Both the position numbers and the translations under genes were made by a program. The notes below the pieces were generated by a model, which had not been told where the DNA came from, searched no databases, and saw only the letters and a list, made by a program, of their open reading frames with translations. Of a stretch of 20,000 bases of DNA, positions 7,870 to 15,667 are shown piece after piece. This stretch comes from an uncultured virus (IMG/VR IMGVR_UViG_3300048590_001227). Its lineage: Duplodnaviria > Heunggongvirae > Uroviricota > Caudoviricetes. Location: the IMG/VR virus record IMGVR_UViG_3300048590_001227, one strand, 5' to 3'. Positions within the stretch are counted from its first letter, which is position 1, and each line of letters starts with the position of its first letter.

Positions 7870-7902
7870 AGGGGCCGCTTTACAGGGAGTTGAGCGGCCT
7901 CT
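7870..7902 (+). terminator. Hairpin after the virion-like gene, possible terminator
   Basis: AGGGGCCGCTT...GAGCGGCCTCT forms an 11-bp stem with G-U pairs; the U-tract is weak. Confidence 0.35.
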
Positions 7903-7919
7903 TACCACAGAGGCAGGAT

Positions 7920-8111
7920 ATGCCCGATTTGAAGAAACAGTTGGCCGAAGCTTTTGATGACTACATGTTGAGGTTTGGTTTCCAACCTATCGGCGAGGAC
8001 CGGCGGGGGAATCTGTGTTGGAAAGTAGAGGACGCGATTCCGCTCCTGGAAGCGCTGAGACTGACAGCCGACAGCGACTACGCCCAGCAACAAGAACGAA
8101 CGCTCCACTGA
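7920..8111 (+). CDS. Small hypothetical protein (63 aa)
   Basis: GAGG/AGGA RBS before ATG 7920 (MPDLKKQLAEAFDDY...). Confidence 0.55.
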   Translation: MPDLKKQLAEAFDDYMLRFGFQPIGEDRRGNLCWKVEDAIPLLEALRLTADSDYAQQQERTLH

Positions 8112-8129
8112 ACTGAAGGACGAAAATTC

Positions 8130-8402
8130 ATGACATATTATCAGATATTTAGAGCTGCCAAAGCAGCCAAGGCAAGAGCAGACCAGCTCGCGCTTATCAA
8201 GCAGGTAAAGGAAACTATGGCTCAACCGGTGACGACCCGGTGTGGAACAGTCAAGCGCTACCGCGATGAATCAATCAGGCGCAAACTTGAACGCTGGTTG
8301 ACCGCGCTTAAAACGGGCCACAGAGAAGACGAGTTCTGGCAAGATGTGACGACGCAGGCTATGAAGTCGCTTTTTACGGGTAACGGCCCAAATCAGATTT
8401 AA
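8130..8402 (+). CDS. Small basic hypothetical protein (90 aa)
   Basis: AAGGA RBS; co-oriented with the 7920 gene. Confidence 0.6.
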   Translation: MTYYQIFRAAKAAKARADQLALIKQVKETMAQPVTTRCGTVKRYRDESIRRKLERWLTALKTGHREDEFWQDVTTQAMKSLFTGNGPNQI

Positions 8403-8636
8403 GAGCGTGGTGGGGCTTACAAGGCCGCTCTTGAATTTAGAGGGTACCTTAATTTCGGTCATATCTTGTTCGATTGGGCGAAGCTCAGAGGGCGTCAAGC
8501 AGGCATCTACTTTGATGTCTAGTGAAAGCAGAGCCAGTACATTCCGAAAGCACAATGTCGATCGACACTTATAAACGGATCTGATAGATTTTGTGACGGC
8601 AGGTGCGTTTTAATTTTATCATAACAGAGTGAAACC

Positions 8637-9734
8637 ATGGAGTTTCTGAAACTAAAATTTACGGGCAAAGAGTTTGTGAAGCACAAACTCACCTTGGAAG
8701 TTTTGACAGACCTTGCGTCTGTAGGGACTTTGATAATCGAGGCCGCCAAATTTGTTCTCAAGGAGGAAAGCGGACGCGAACGCGCACCCAGAAACCTCGG
8801 GAAGAAAATAAAACTTTTGCTTGGCGATGTACTCCCTGGAAGCGCGATGCCAGTTATAGAGCTGGAGGCCGAGGCCGACGAGCAAGAAATGATAGACGCA
8901 TTCTTCGCTGGTAAAAGGCGAGTACTGCAATGCATTAAGTCGGCACGAAGTGGGCACGTAGATGAGAGTCTTCTGCCAAGGTCATCGTTTCAAAAATTTG
9001 CAAAGATCGGTAAGTGCCTGGATGGCGACTCTCATATAGAGTTTCCCGATCCGGACAATGAGCAATTTTTTATGCCGTTTGATGAGGAGACCAGAAAGAG
9101 GCTGGCGTTGGTTTCAGAAACCCGACGTCAGAGTCTTAGCCTGCGTGGACGTATTTTTGAGTTGAATGTCAAATCGCTTTCACTTTGGATTGAAACTAAC
9201 GAAGGTAATATATCGGCTTCATTTGAAGATCGGCTCAGAGCTAAGGTTTTAACCTCAATTGACCGAGAAGTCATCTGCTCAGGTGTAGCTCGACTGACTA
9301 AGGAAGGTACTATCATATCTGTCGAAAAAATTGAGCATTTTTCGATAATTGGGGATGATGGTATTATTGAAGACCTCAACAATCGCTTAAACGAGTTGGC
9401 TGCGCTGAAAAGCGGTTGGTGTGACGGTATTCTTGGAAAGGAATTCAGTAGAGAGAAGCTTAAGACCGTCGAGTTATTATTGACAAGTTTAGCCTACGAC
9501 TTTTCTATTCCGGTTCCAAGGATATTCCCCAGCGCAGATGAAAATGAAATACGGCTTGAGTGGACTTTTAATGAGCTGGACGTAGATTTGAACTGGAATA
9601 TTGAGACTAATATTTGCTACGTAGTAGGTCTAGCGGATATTGGAGATTCTGAGTTTGACATTTCCTCTCAGAATGAAAAAGAAAAACTCATAAAAGCATT
9701 AAAGAAACAAATCCGGGTCTATGAAGATGAGTGA
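8637..9734 (+). CDS. Three-domain hypothetical protein (N-terminal domain, OB-fold-like middle, 'LxxGW.G...P...EW' C-terminal domain)
   Basis: 365 aa, AT-rich codon usage. SLSLRGRIFELNVKSLSLWIET...EVICSGVARL suggests an OB fold. C-terminal RLNELAALKSGWCDG...PRIFPSADENEIRLEW. The stop overlaps the next gene. Confidence 0.75.
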   Translation: MEFLKLKFTGKEFVKHKLTLEVLTDLASVGTLIIEAAKFVLKEESGRERAPRNLGKKIKLLLGDVLPGSAMPVIELEAEADEQEMIDAFFAGKRRVLQCIKSARSGHVDESLLPRSSFQKFAKIGKCLDGDSHIEFPDPDNEQFFMPFDEETRKRLALVSETRRQSLSLRGRIFELNVKSLSLWIETNEGNISASFEDRLRAKVLTSIDREVICSGVARLTKEGTIISVEKIEHFSIIGDDGIIEDLNNRLNELAALKSGWCDGILGKEFSREKLKTVELLLTSLAYDFSIPVPRIFPSADENEIRLEWTFNELDVDLNWNIETNICYVVGLADIGDSEFDISSQNEKEKLIKALKKQIRVYEDE

Positions 9735-10137
9735 CGCAGAGCGTAAAAATCCTTTCCAGGACAACTCTGAGATTCTTTTTCGGCAACTGTCTCCTAAAAT
9801 TTGGCAGCAGGACGGAAAAGTGAGCAATCTTGCCTTTGAGCCAACAAAGGCCCATAAGTTTTTGCTTTCGACAGCTCAAGGTTCCAAATGTACGGCGGAA
9901 GAGGCGTTTAAGTTCCACACTGAGACTAAACAACTGGATTCCGTTGGTACCTGGGGTATTACTGTCGCCGAAATAAAGGATGACAACCTGCCGATTATTG
10001 ACGATGCTGATGAGATTAACCCTTTCCACGCTTCAATTGATTTCAACGGCCTGTCGAATTCTCAAAGAGCGACAAAAGGCAAGAATTTACGCGAAAAGGC
10101 TTTGAAAAGAGGAAAGCTTTTTCCGCCAGCTTCTTGA
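9721..10137 (+). CDS. Small protein with a possible ADP-ribosyltransferase-like fold
   Basis: Start at 9721 or 9727 overlaps the upstream stop. Motifs LFR ... AF.P ... LST ... HASI recall the R-S-type strand signature of ART/RES folds (inference). Confidence 0.6.
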   Translation: MKMSDAERKNPFQDNSEILFRQLSPKIWQQDGKVSNLAFEPTKAHKFLLSTAQGSKCTAEEAFKFHTETKQLDSVGTWGITVAEIKDDNLPIIDDADEINPFHASIDFNGLSNSQRATKGKNLREKALKRGKLFPPAS

Positions 10138-10200
10138 TTCTATAGCTGCACGGGACCGGTCTGGGACGGCCCCTAGCAAAGAATAACGACCATGAGTCAA

Positions 10201-10884
10201 TTAAAAGTCTGTGGTGCCTGTCATCTCATTCATTAATCTCGAAAGCTCCTGCTCACTGCCCGCGACCACGCTGATATATTTCACGCCGCATTTCTTCTCG
10301 TAATAGCAGATATCGTGAACTGCAAACGTCAAACGAAGCTGATTCTCTATGGTTCCGTTTGAGCGTTGAACTTGTTCTGGGTTGCCCATGATTTCTGTGC
10401 AGGGCAGAGCGTCTTTATCAGCAGGCCCGAGGGCTGTGATTCTCATGTCTTTGCATCGCTTAACACTCTTCACGCCATTCCCATCGACAGTTTCAAATTC
10501 CACGTCTGTTTTTTCAAATGAAATTCCACCCAGCCACGCTCGTACAGCTTTCAGAAAATCAGCCGCACCTTTTGCCGAAGTCCAAATGGTTTGAGCGAGG
10601 GCTTTCGCCTTTTCCTTGGCGGTTTTGTTCTCTTTTTGTTTCTGAGATTCGGTAAGGACTCCGCCGCCGCTGCCCGGCTCTTTCGGGTCGATTGTTCCGC
10701 CACAGGTGGGGTCTGCGCAACCGTGCCCAGGCGCTGGAGTGTTAGGACCCTCAGCAGCCCAGACTGGGCCTGCCGGTGGCCAAATTCTTGAGCCGGTCAC
10801 TGGGTGGTACTCAGGCGTGTCTTCCTGAGCATACGCGGAGGTTCCCAGACCCAGGGCAAACAACAAGAGAGTCGATCGCAACAT
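10201..10884 (-). CDS. Secreted hypothetical protein
   Basis: AAGGAG RBS; Sec signal MLRSTLLLFALGLGTSAYA|QE; P/G-rich linker; several Cys. Confidence 0.75.
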   Translation of the reverse strand: MLRSTLLLFALGLGTSAYAQEDTPEYHPVTGSRIWPPAGPVWAAEGPNTPAPGHGCADPTCGGTIDPKEPGSGGGVLTESQKQKENKTAKEKAKALAQTIWTSAKGAADFLKAVRAWLGGISFEKTDVEFETVDGNGVKSVKRCKDMRITALGPADKDALPCTEIMGNPEQVQRSNGTIENQLRLTFAVHDICYYEKKCGVKYISVVAGSEQELSRLMNEMTGTTDF

Positions 10885-10927
10885 TTACATACTCCTTAGC
10901 GTTGGAAAGCATAAGCGCTTCCAATAA

Positions 10928-11719
10928 TCAGTGTGTGGCAGGTGCTCGACGAGCAAAAAATTGGAAGGATCTTTTTGTAAATACCCATACACCTATGGCC
11001 GCAACCACGACGAGCGCGACCCATAACGCGCCGTGATTCTCTAAAACGCCAGCATTCTCAAGCCTTGGCATTAGATTGCTGATTGCGTGCAACAGTATCG
11101 CCCACGGAAGACCTAAAGTGAGGTACGTAAGCCCAAGAAAAAGACCCATGAAGAAAGTCGGAATCAAGGCGAGCGGCGAGGCCATGACTTGGATATGCAG
11201 AGCGGAAAAAACCAGAGACGAGACTACAAGTGCGAGCCAGGGCTTACGGGTCATGTTGCGCAGGCTGCCGAGCAATCCCAACCGGTTCACTATCTCCTCA
11301 AGAACTGGTGCGACAACAACGCTCCTCAAGATGACCAGCAGGCTCAAAGGGTCGCTGGCGTTGACGTTGCCGATTGATTTCGGGCCGTCTGCATACTTGA
11401 TGGGATCCACTTTCAGTAACACTTGGGACACGACACCAATCACAAGAACGCCGAGAAGCCACGCACCCAGCACGTAAAGCAGCGACGACAAGACCCGTGC
11501 GTTGTGTTTGAAAGGTTCAGCGTTTCTATTCACGTAAACTATTGCGAGAGCGATAAGCCCAGCGACTGCATAGTAGGTCACGAGTCCGATGCGGCTCATA
11601 TAGTGATTTGACAGAAGGCCCCAGGCGCATTCCGTCAGGGCCAGAACCAGCGTCAGCCTGTTCGCGTATGTGAGGGTGGTCGGCTTCGATCGGTTAACTG
11701 TGGAAGTCACTGAGTGCAC
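10928..11719 (-). CDS. CPBP family intramembrane glutamic endopeptidase (CAAX/Abi)
   Basis: Multiple TM helices; motifs APVLEEIVNR (EExxxR), FSALH (FxxxH) and HAISN (HxxxN). The start may be GTG 11710. Confidence 0.9.
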   Translation of the reverse strand: MHSVTSTVNRSKPTTLTYANRLTLVLALTECAWGLLSNHYMSRIGLVTYYAVAGLIALAIVYVNRNAEPFKHNARVLSSLLYVLGAWLLGVLVIGVVSQVLLKVDPIKYADGPKSIGNVNASDPLSLLVILRSVVVAPVLEEIVNRLGLLGSLRNMTRKPWLALVVSSLVFSALHIQVMASPLALIPTFFMGLFLGLTYLTLGLPWAILLHAISNLMPRLENAGVLENHGALWVALVVVAAIGVWVFTKRSFQFFARRAPATH

Positions 11720-12021
11720 CCTCGAAAGTGAGTAATCGGCCTATGTCTGGCCCGTTTCTACCCTTGCGGACCGGGGCTAGCAATCGGGAATTCGCCCCAA
11801 GCAACCCCCGCTCCCTGCAGTTTCGCCGCTCCCGGTGCCGAGGACCTTGAAACCCTCCGAAAACACAGGAAAAGTCGTCCTGCGGGCCATTTTTTGAAAA
11901 GTTGTTACGTTTTCCCTCCCAAAAGTGAGCCCCGTAAATGCGCTGCCGTACCTGAACTCCGATAACCAAAAAACGGTACCTTTCTAAAGGCCCGTTTAAA
12001 CAATTTTTGCGGAGTAAATTC

Positions 12022-12384
12022 ATGGGTACTTCAGTTTCAGCTCGTTCTCTTCTCTTTCCCCTGGTCGTCAGAGTCACCTCTTGTGAGCCTTTCACGGACC
12101 GCGCTTCTGGTAAACCCTCTGGCCTCTTTAACATCAAAGTCTGGCTTGATGAGTTGGTTTCGGACGGCAGCGAGACTGTGACCAACAAACAGGTGCAGAC
12201 GTTCACGTCACCAGTCGAACTGCAGAAAGGGGGCGACTACCTCCTTACAGTCGAGCTGGACTGCGACGCGACTCCAAGAGTGACGAAAGACGGCAAGCCA
12301 TATCTGATGAACAAGACGGTTCGGATAAAGCGCGTCCACTCAGCGAAGAAATTAACCCAACCCTCCAGCGTGAAGGGAGGCTGA
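12022..12384 (+). CDS. Beta-rich small protein, possible OB-fold ssDNA-binding protein
   Basis: About 120 aa from ATG 12022 with an alternating beta-strand pattern. First gene of an operon with an FtsK-like ATPase, as in rolling-circle integrative elements. Confidence 0.5.
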   Translation: MGTSVSARSLLFPLVVRVTSCEPFTDRASGKPSGLFNIKVWLDELVSDGSETVTNKQVQTFTSPVELQKGGDYLLTVELDCDATPRVTKDGKPYLMNKTVRIKRVHSAKKLTQPSSVKGG

Positions 12385-12386
12385 TC

Positions 12387-12875
12387 ATGCTTCAATCGTT
12401 TATTCAGCCCATTTGGGCAGTTCTTGAGGGTGTCGAAGGGTTTACGACCACAGACTACCTGGCGGCTGCAGCACTGATTTTACTGACCATAACCACAGTC
12501 TTGTGGTGGCTACGAGGGCGTGCAGAGCGCCAGAGCTTCGCCCGAACCTGCCGTAACAGGGGCCTTTCAATTCATGGAATAAGGGTGGAAGACATAAAGG
12601 ATAAGGAGGGGCGGCTGGTCGCCACAAGGCAGACGGACTGCTGGCAAGATCCGAAGTTTAAAGTCTTGCGTCGAAACCGGAGCGTGGTCGGCGTCAGAAT
12701 CAGGGTACCACCAGGCGTCGGCAGGGAGCGGGTTGAAGCAGCACGCGACGACTTAGGCTCTGTATTTGGCCTGGACCTCTTGCCACCCGAACGTTCACCC
12801 AAGGATCACAATACCTACACCTTCAGTGCGGCCAACTTCGGAAAAAAGCCTGGTGCCGAGGGAGGTTGGGAATGA
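12387..12875 (+). CDS. Membrane-anchored N-terminal half of an FtsK/SpoIIIE-like translocase
   Basis: GGAGG RBS; one TM helix; VRIRVPPGVGRERVEAARDDLGSVFG resembles the FtsK alpha domain; ends in an ATGA overlap with the next ORF. Confidence 0.6.
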   Translation: MLQSFIQPIWAVLEGVEGFTTTDYLAAAALILLTITTVLWWLRGRAERQSFARTCRNRGLSIHGIRVEDIKDKEGRLVATRQTDCWQDPKFKVLRRNRSVVGVRIRVPPGVGRERVEAARDDLGSVFGLDLLPPERSPKDHNTYTFSAANFGKKPGAEGGWE

Positions 12876-13798
12876 CTCCTTCCGGGCAGCAAGTTCACTT
12901 GGATATTGGAGACCAAGCTATCCCAGGGGGCCTTATCGCGGCCCCGTCGCGCTCTGGTAAAACGTGGCTCGCCTGCGAACTCATTCGCAGTTTGCAGGAG
13001 AGCTGTGGCGGTTGGCTGGATGTTTACGTCTTTGACCCGAAAGGAGGTGCTGAATTCCATCAAAACGTCCGAGCGACGGCTACGATCGTGGATCCCCTAT
13101 GCGACCCCGAAGCTGCCTCAGCCCTGATTAAGGCGATTCGCGTCCGGGGGTTGGAAGCGTTTTCATTCAAAAAGCAGCACGGCTTGGCAACCATGCGGGA
13201 AGGTTGGGCTAAGAAGGTCCCAGGATGCGATCAGTTCCGACCAACGCTCATAGTAGTCGATGAGTTTGCCCGGATAGTGCAGGCGGTAAAGAAGCCCTCC
13301 GACCCTGTGGAGCAAGCGGCGGGAGGAAAGAATCAGGGCGTGGACAAATACCTTGCTGAGCGAGTGCCTTTAGGCCGCAGTGAGGCAAGGGGCGTGTTGG
13401 CAGTACCGACTCACGTCACGTTTAGCGCTGACTTCCGCCGTGAAGCGTTAACAACTCGTGACCAGCAGGTCGGGCTTTATAAGGCTCTGGATGACGAGAC
13501 TGGCCAGGCGCTCGAAAAGAGTTTCCCTATATTCAGAAAGATTGAAACCCCCGAGGAAGCGCGCCAGATAGCGTTCGAGACGGACTGCGCACTTCTTAAG
13601 AGAATCGCCAAGAGTCTGGTGGAGGGTAGGGGGGTTGGTCGGTGGCGACTTGGTGCTGTACTGGTATTTCGATGGGGACGAGACCCGCAGAGAGGCCTAC
13701 GCCGAGGCAGTCCTACCTTACAAGCCGCGGCGAACCCGACGCAGGCACTCGTTCGAAACCGAGTGGCGCAACATCGGCCCAGGTCGGCCCAGGGATGA
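12866..13798 (+). CDS. FtsK/SpoIIIE-like P-loop ATPase, probably truncated or chimeric
   Basis: LGMTPSGQQVHLDI, Walker A APSRSGKT, VYVFDPKGGAEF, Walker B LIVVDE. The downstream R..GIH...ATQRP motif is not visible. Confidence 0.75.
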   Translation: MGMTPSGQQVHLDIGDQAIPGGLIAAPSRSGKTWLACELIRSLQESCGGWLDVYVFDPKGGAEFHQNVRATATIVDPLCDPEAASALIKAIRVRGLEAFSFKKQHGLATMREGWAKKVPGCDQFRPTLIVVDEFARIVQAVKKPSDPVEQAAGGKNQGVDKYLAERVPLGRSEARGVLAVPTHVTFSADFRREALTTRDQQVGLYKALDDETGQALEKSFPIFRKIETPEEARQIAFETDCALLKRIAKSLVEGRGVGRWRLGAVLVFRWGRDPQRGLRRGSPTLQAAANPTQALVRNRVAQHRPRSAQG

Positions 13799-13857
13799 CG
13801 AGGGGGAAATTTAACTTTGTATCCGCACTGTCAGAGCAAATATAGTCAAGACCTTCA

Positions 13858-14628
13858 TTGGAGACTGCGATATGTCCGGGCGTGATCAAAACCTTCACGC
13901 TCGGGGTGAACACGGTGGACGATAATCAACTTGTGATTAGATGGTCGATGGATGACTACGGACACTTTGAAGAAGCCGAAAATTACATCAACCAGTGGCA
14001 GGGAAGTCTTATCCTGAGGTCAAAGAGCGATAAAGGGGAACCTGAAAAAGTGATTGGCAGCGTCTCCGCCTGGGACATCAAGATCGGAAAAATCTCTGGG
14101 GCGGTAGGACTCGGCCTTGGGTTTCATGAGCTTTTGGATAGCATAGATTCCGACAGCGAGGCCCTTTATGGTGACCTCCTCGACATCAAAAAGGATACGT
14201 TCAGAGAGACCTTATGCAAGAGGTTAGGGACGTTTTTTGATCCTGAGGAAATGGAAATGAGCATAACCAACCTAGTCTACTTGGATCGCGTGGTCGTTTA
14301 CCCGGGGTACAGAGGGCAAGGTTTTGGGTTGCATGCTATGCGATCGGCGATTAAGCGTTTTGACCAGAGCCAAACGCTGGTGTATTGCTATCCTAAGCCT
14401 CTGCAGTACGCAGGGTCCGGCAAAAGTTCAAATCCAAACTATCCTGAGCGAAGGGATCAGACTAAGGACACCTTAAAGCTCATTCGCTATTATGAGCAGC
14501 TTGGCCTTAAGGTTTACTTCCCCGACCGGAAAACGCAAACTGTTCCCAAGAAGTTTGAACCACCCAAACATCGCGCAGTCATGGTCGGCATGGCCCATTG
14601 GTGCAAAGCTGCTGACGACGACGAGTAA
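13858..14628 (+). CDS. GNAT-family N-acetyltransferase
   Basis: Motif A YLDRVVVYPGYRGQGFG and motif B LIRYYEQLGL. The likely start is GTG 13915. Confidence 0.75.
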   Translation: METAICPGVIKTFTLGVNTVDDNQLVIRWSMDDYGHFEEAENYINQWQGSLILRSKSDKGEPEKVIGSVSAWDIKIGKISGAVGLGLGFHELLDSIDSDSEALYGDLLDIKKDTFRETLCKRLGTFFDPEEMEMSITNLVYLDRVVVYPGYRGQGFGLHAMRSAIKRFDQSQTLVYCYPKPLQYAGSGKSSNPNYPERRDQTKDTLKLIRYYEQLGLKVYFPDRKTQTVPKKFEPPKHRAVMVGMAHWCKAADDDE

Positions 14629-14867
14629 GCCTCGAACTTTGGCGAAAATGAGGCAGACAGCCAGTCTGCTTCGCGTCTCCTAACCTTGCCTCAGCCAAGT
14701 ACAACCTACCTTTCATAAACCATTAAAGTCCGCAATGTTGCCTTTTGGGCCGCGGCACTAGCACGCGCCTAAATGAAGTTTCGAAGGCTTTCAGCCGAAG
14801 CGTTTAAGGTAAGATGCCTGCGAAAAGACGAACAAGAAACTGCCCACCTCGCACCCAAATTCCCCAC

Positions 14868-14896
14868 TTGAAAACTTACCCAACGGCAAGTATCAT
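14868..14896 (+). promoter_or_regulatory. Sigma70-type promoter reading into the att/tRNA fragment
   Basis: TTGAAA-17 nt-TATCAT. Confidence 0.55.
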
Positions 14897-14906
14897 GAGT
14901 TGACGA

Positions 14907-14967
14907 CTGGTACTTTGTCGTGCTCATAACCCGAAGGCCGCAGGTTCAAATCCTGCCCCCGCTACCA
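14907..14967 (+). tRNA. Partial (pseudo) initiator tRNA-Met(CAT): 3' portion only, att-site duplication
   Basis: GCTCATAACCCGAAGGCCGCAGGTTCAAATCCTGCCCCCGCTACCA (14922-14967) has the fMet anticodon loop, a perfect T arm, the 3' acceptor strand and CCA. There is no 5' acceptor strand, the D arm is degenerate and the anticodon stem has a mismatch. Confidence 0.85.
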
Positions 14968-15067
14968 ACTCTTTCCTGAGTTGTTTTATCACCTTACAGT
15001 CCAGCAGCGTTTCTTTGGTATGCTCCCAAAATCGCGATTCTATGGTCTCAAGAGACCAATGTGGGGC

Positions 15068-15094
15068 TAAGCTTTCGGCGTGTGAGTCCGATGC
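15068..15094 (+). promoter_or_regulatory. Sigma28-type promoter upstream of the integrase remnant
   Basis: TAAG-N15-TCCGATGC ending 30 nt before ATG 15124 (GGAGG RBS). Confidence 0.4.
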
Positions 15095-15123
15095 GTTTGT
15101 GGACGCGGAGGAACTGAGCCCCT

Positions 15124-15590
15124 ATGCCGCCAAGGTTGAATAAATTCCCAGAAGGTACCAAGTTCGGCGAATGGCACATTAGCCAGGAGGACTGGGGCAC
15201 AGGCATTCGCAGGCATTACACGATGCCTGATGGCAAACGACATAAGCAGCGCTATCCTCTTTCAAAGTATAAGCACCTGCTCGGCAATGAAGCTGAGTTG
15301 GCAAGATTCGTCGTGCGCCTCAACGGTGACGACCCCTTCAAGCGCCGGGCGAGAGAAGTCACGGAGCTTAGGCAGTGGACAAGTCGAAGTACATCACCGA
15401 CGAGCACTGGAAAGTCATTGACGCCGCTTTGGACACAAGAATGCCGGAAAGTGCCTCTTTGTTCCGCATTTGCCGTTACTATGGCCTCAGGCGTAACGAA
15501 GGCCTCGGCCTTACGACGCAAGCAATGCGCAATGACTGTTGTTAGCCAGCAGTTGGTTGGGTACGAGCGTGAGAAACTACCCAAGCTACG
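15124..15590 (+). pseudogene. Tyrosine recombinase/integrase remnant
   Basis: N-terminal segment from ATG 15124. Then, in another frame (15372-15545), KYITDEHWKVI...LFRICRYYGLRRNEGLGL, which is Box I (GLRxxExxxL). Box II is absent. Adjacent to the att-like tRNA fragment. The end coordinate is approximate. Confidence 0.8.
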
Positions 15591-15667
15591 GCTCAGTCTG
15601 AGCTTTTGGTTTGCTAGAAAGTCTTTTCAATGAGTAGAACTCAGTTAATTGAGATTGCACATAGACA

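Larger units (their letters stand above)
1..14967. mobile_element. Mosaic integrative island or prophage-like element(s); right boundary at the tRNA-fMet fragment, left boundary outside the window
   Basis: att-like tRNA fragment, phage and plasmid-type genes, resolvase remnant, patchy base composition, no housekeeping genes. Confidence 0.55.

Noticed and set aside
11733..11965. Additional sigma28 -10-like boxes (GCCGATTA on minus at 11733-11740; TCCGATAA at 11958; also TCCGATGA at 2840)
   Set aside because: No acceptable -35 element at 15-nt spacing.
12866..13798. Housekeeping cell-division ftsK
   Set aside because: It is too short, lacks the gamma domain and multi-TM N-terminus, and sits in a mobile-element context.
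14891..14967. Functional full-length tRNA-Met
   Set aside because: There is no 5' strand complementary to the acceptor CCCCGCT, the D arm is degenerate and the anticodon stem has a T-C mismatch. Treated as an att fragment.
15124..15633. Intact 169-aa protein
   Set aside because: The second half is out of frame with the integrase Box I motif, so it is a read-through of a pseudogene.
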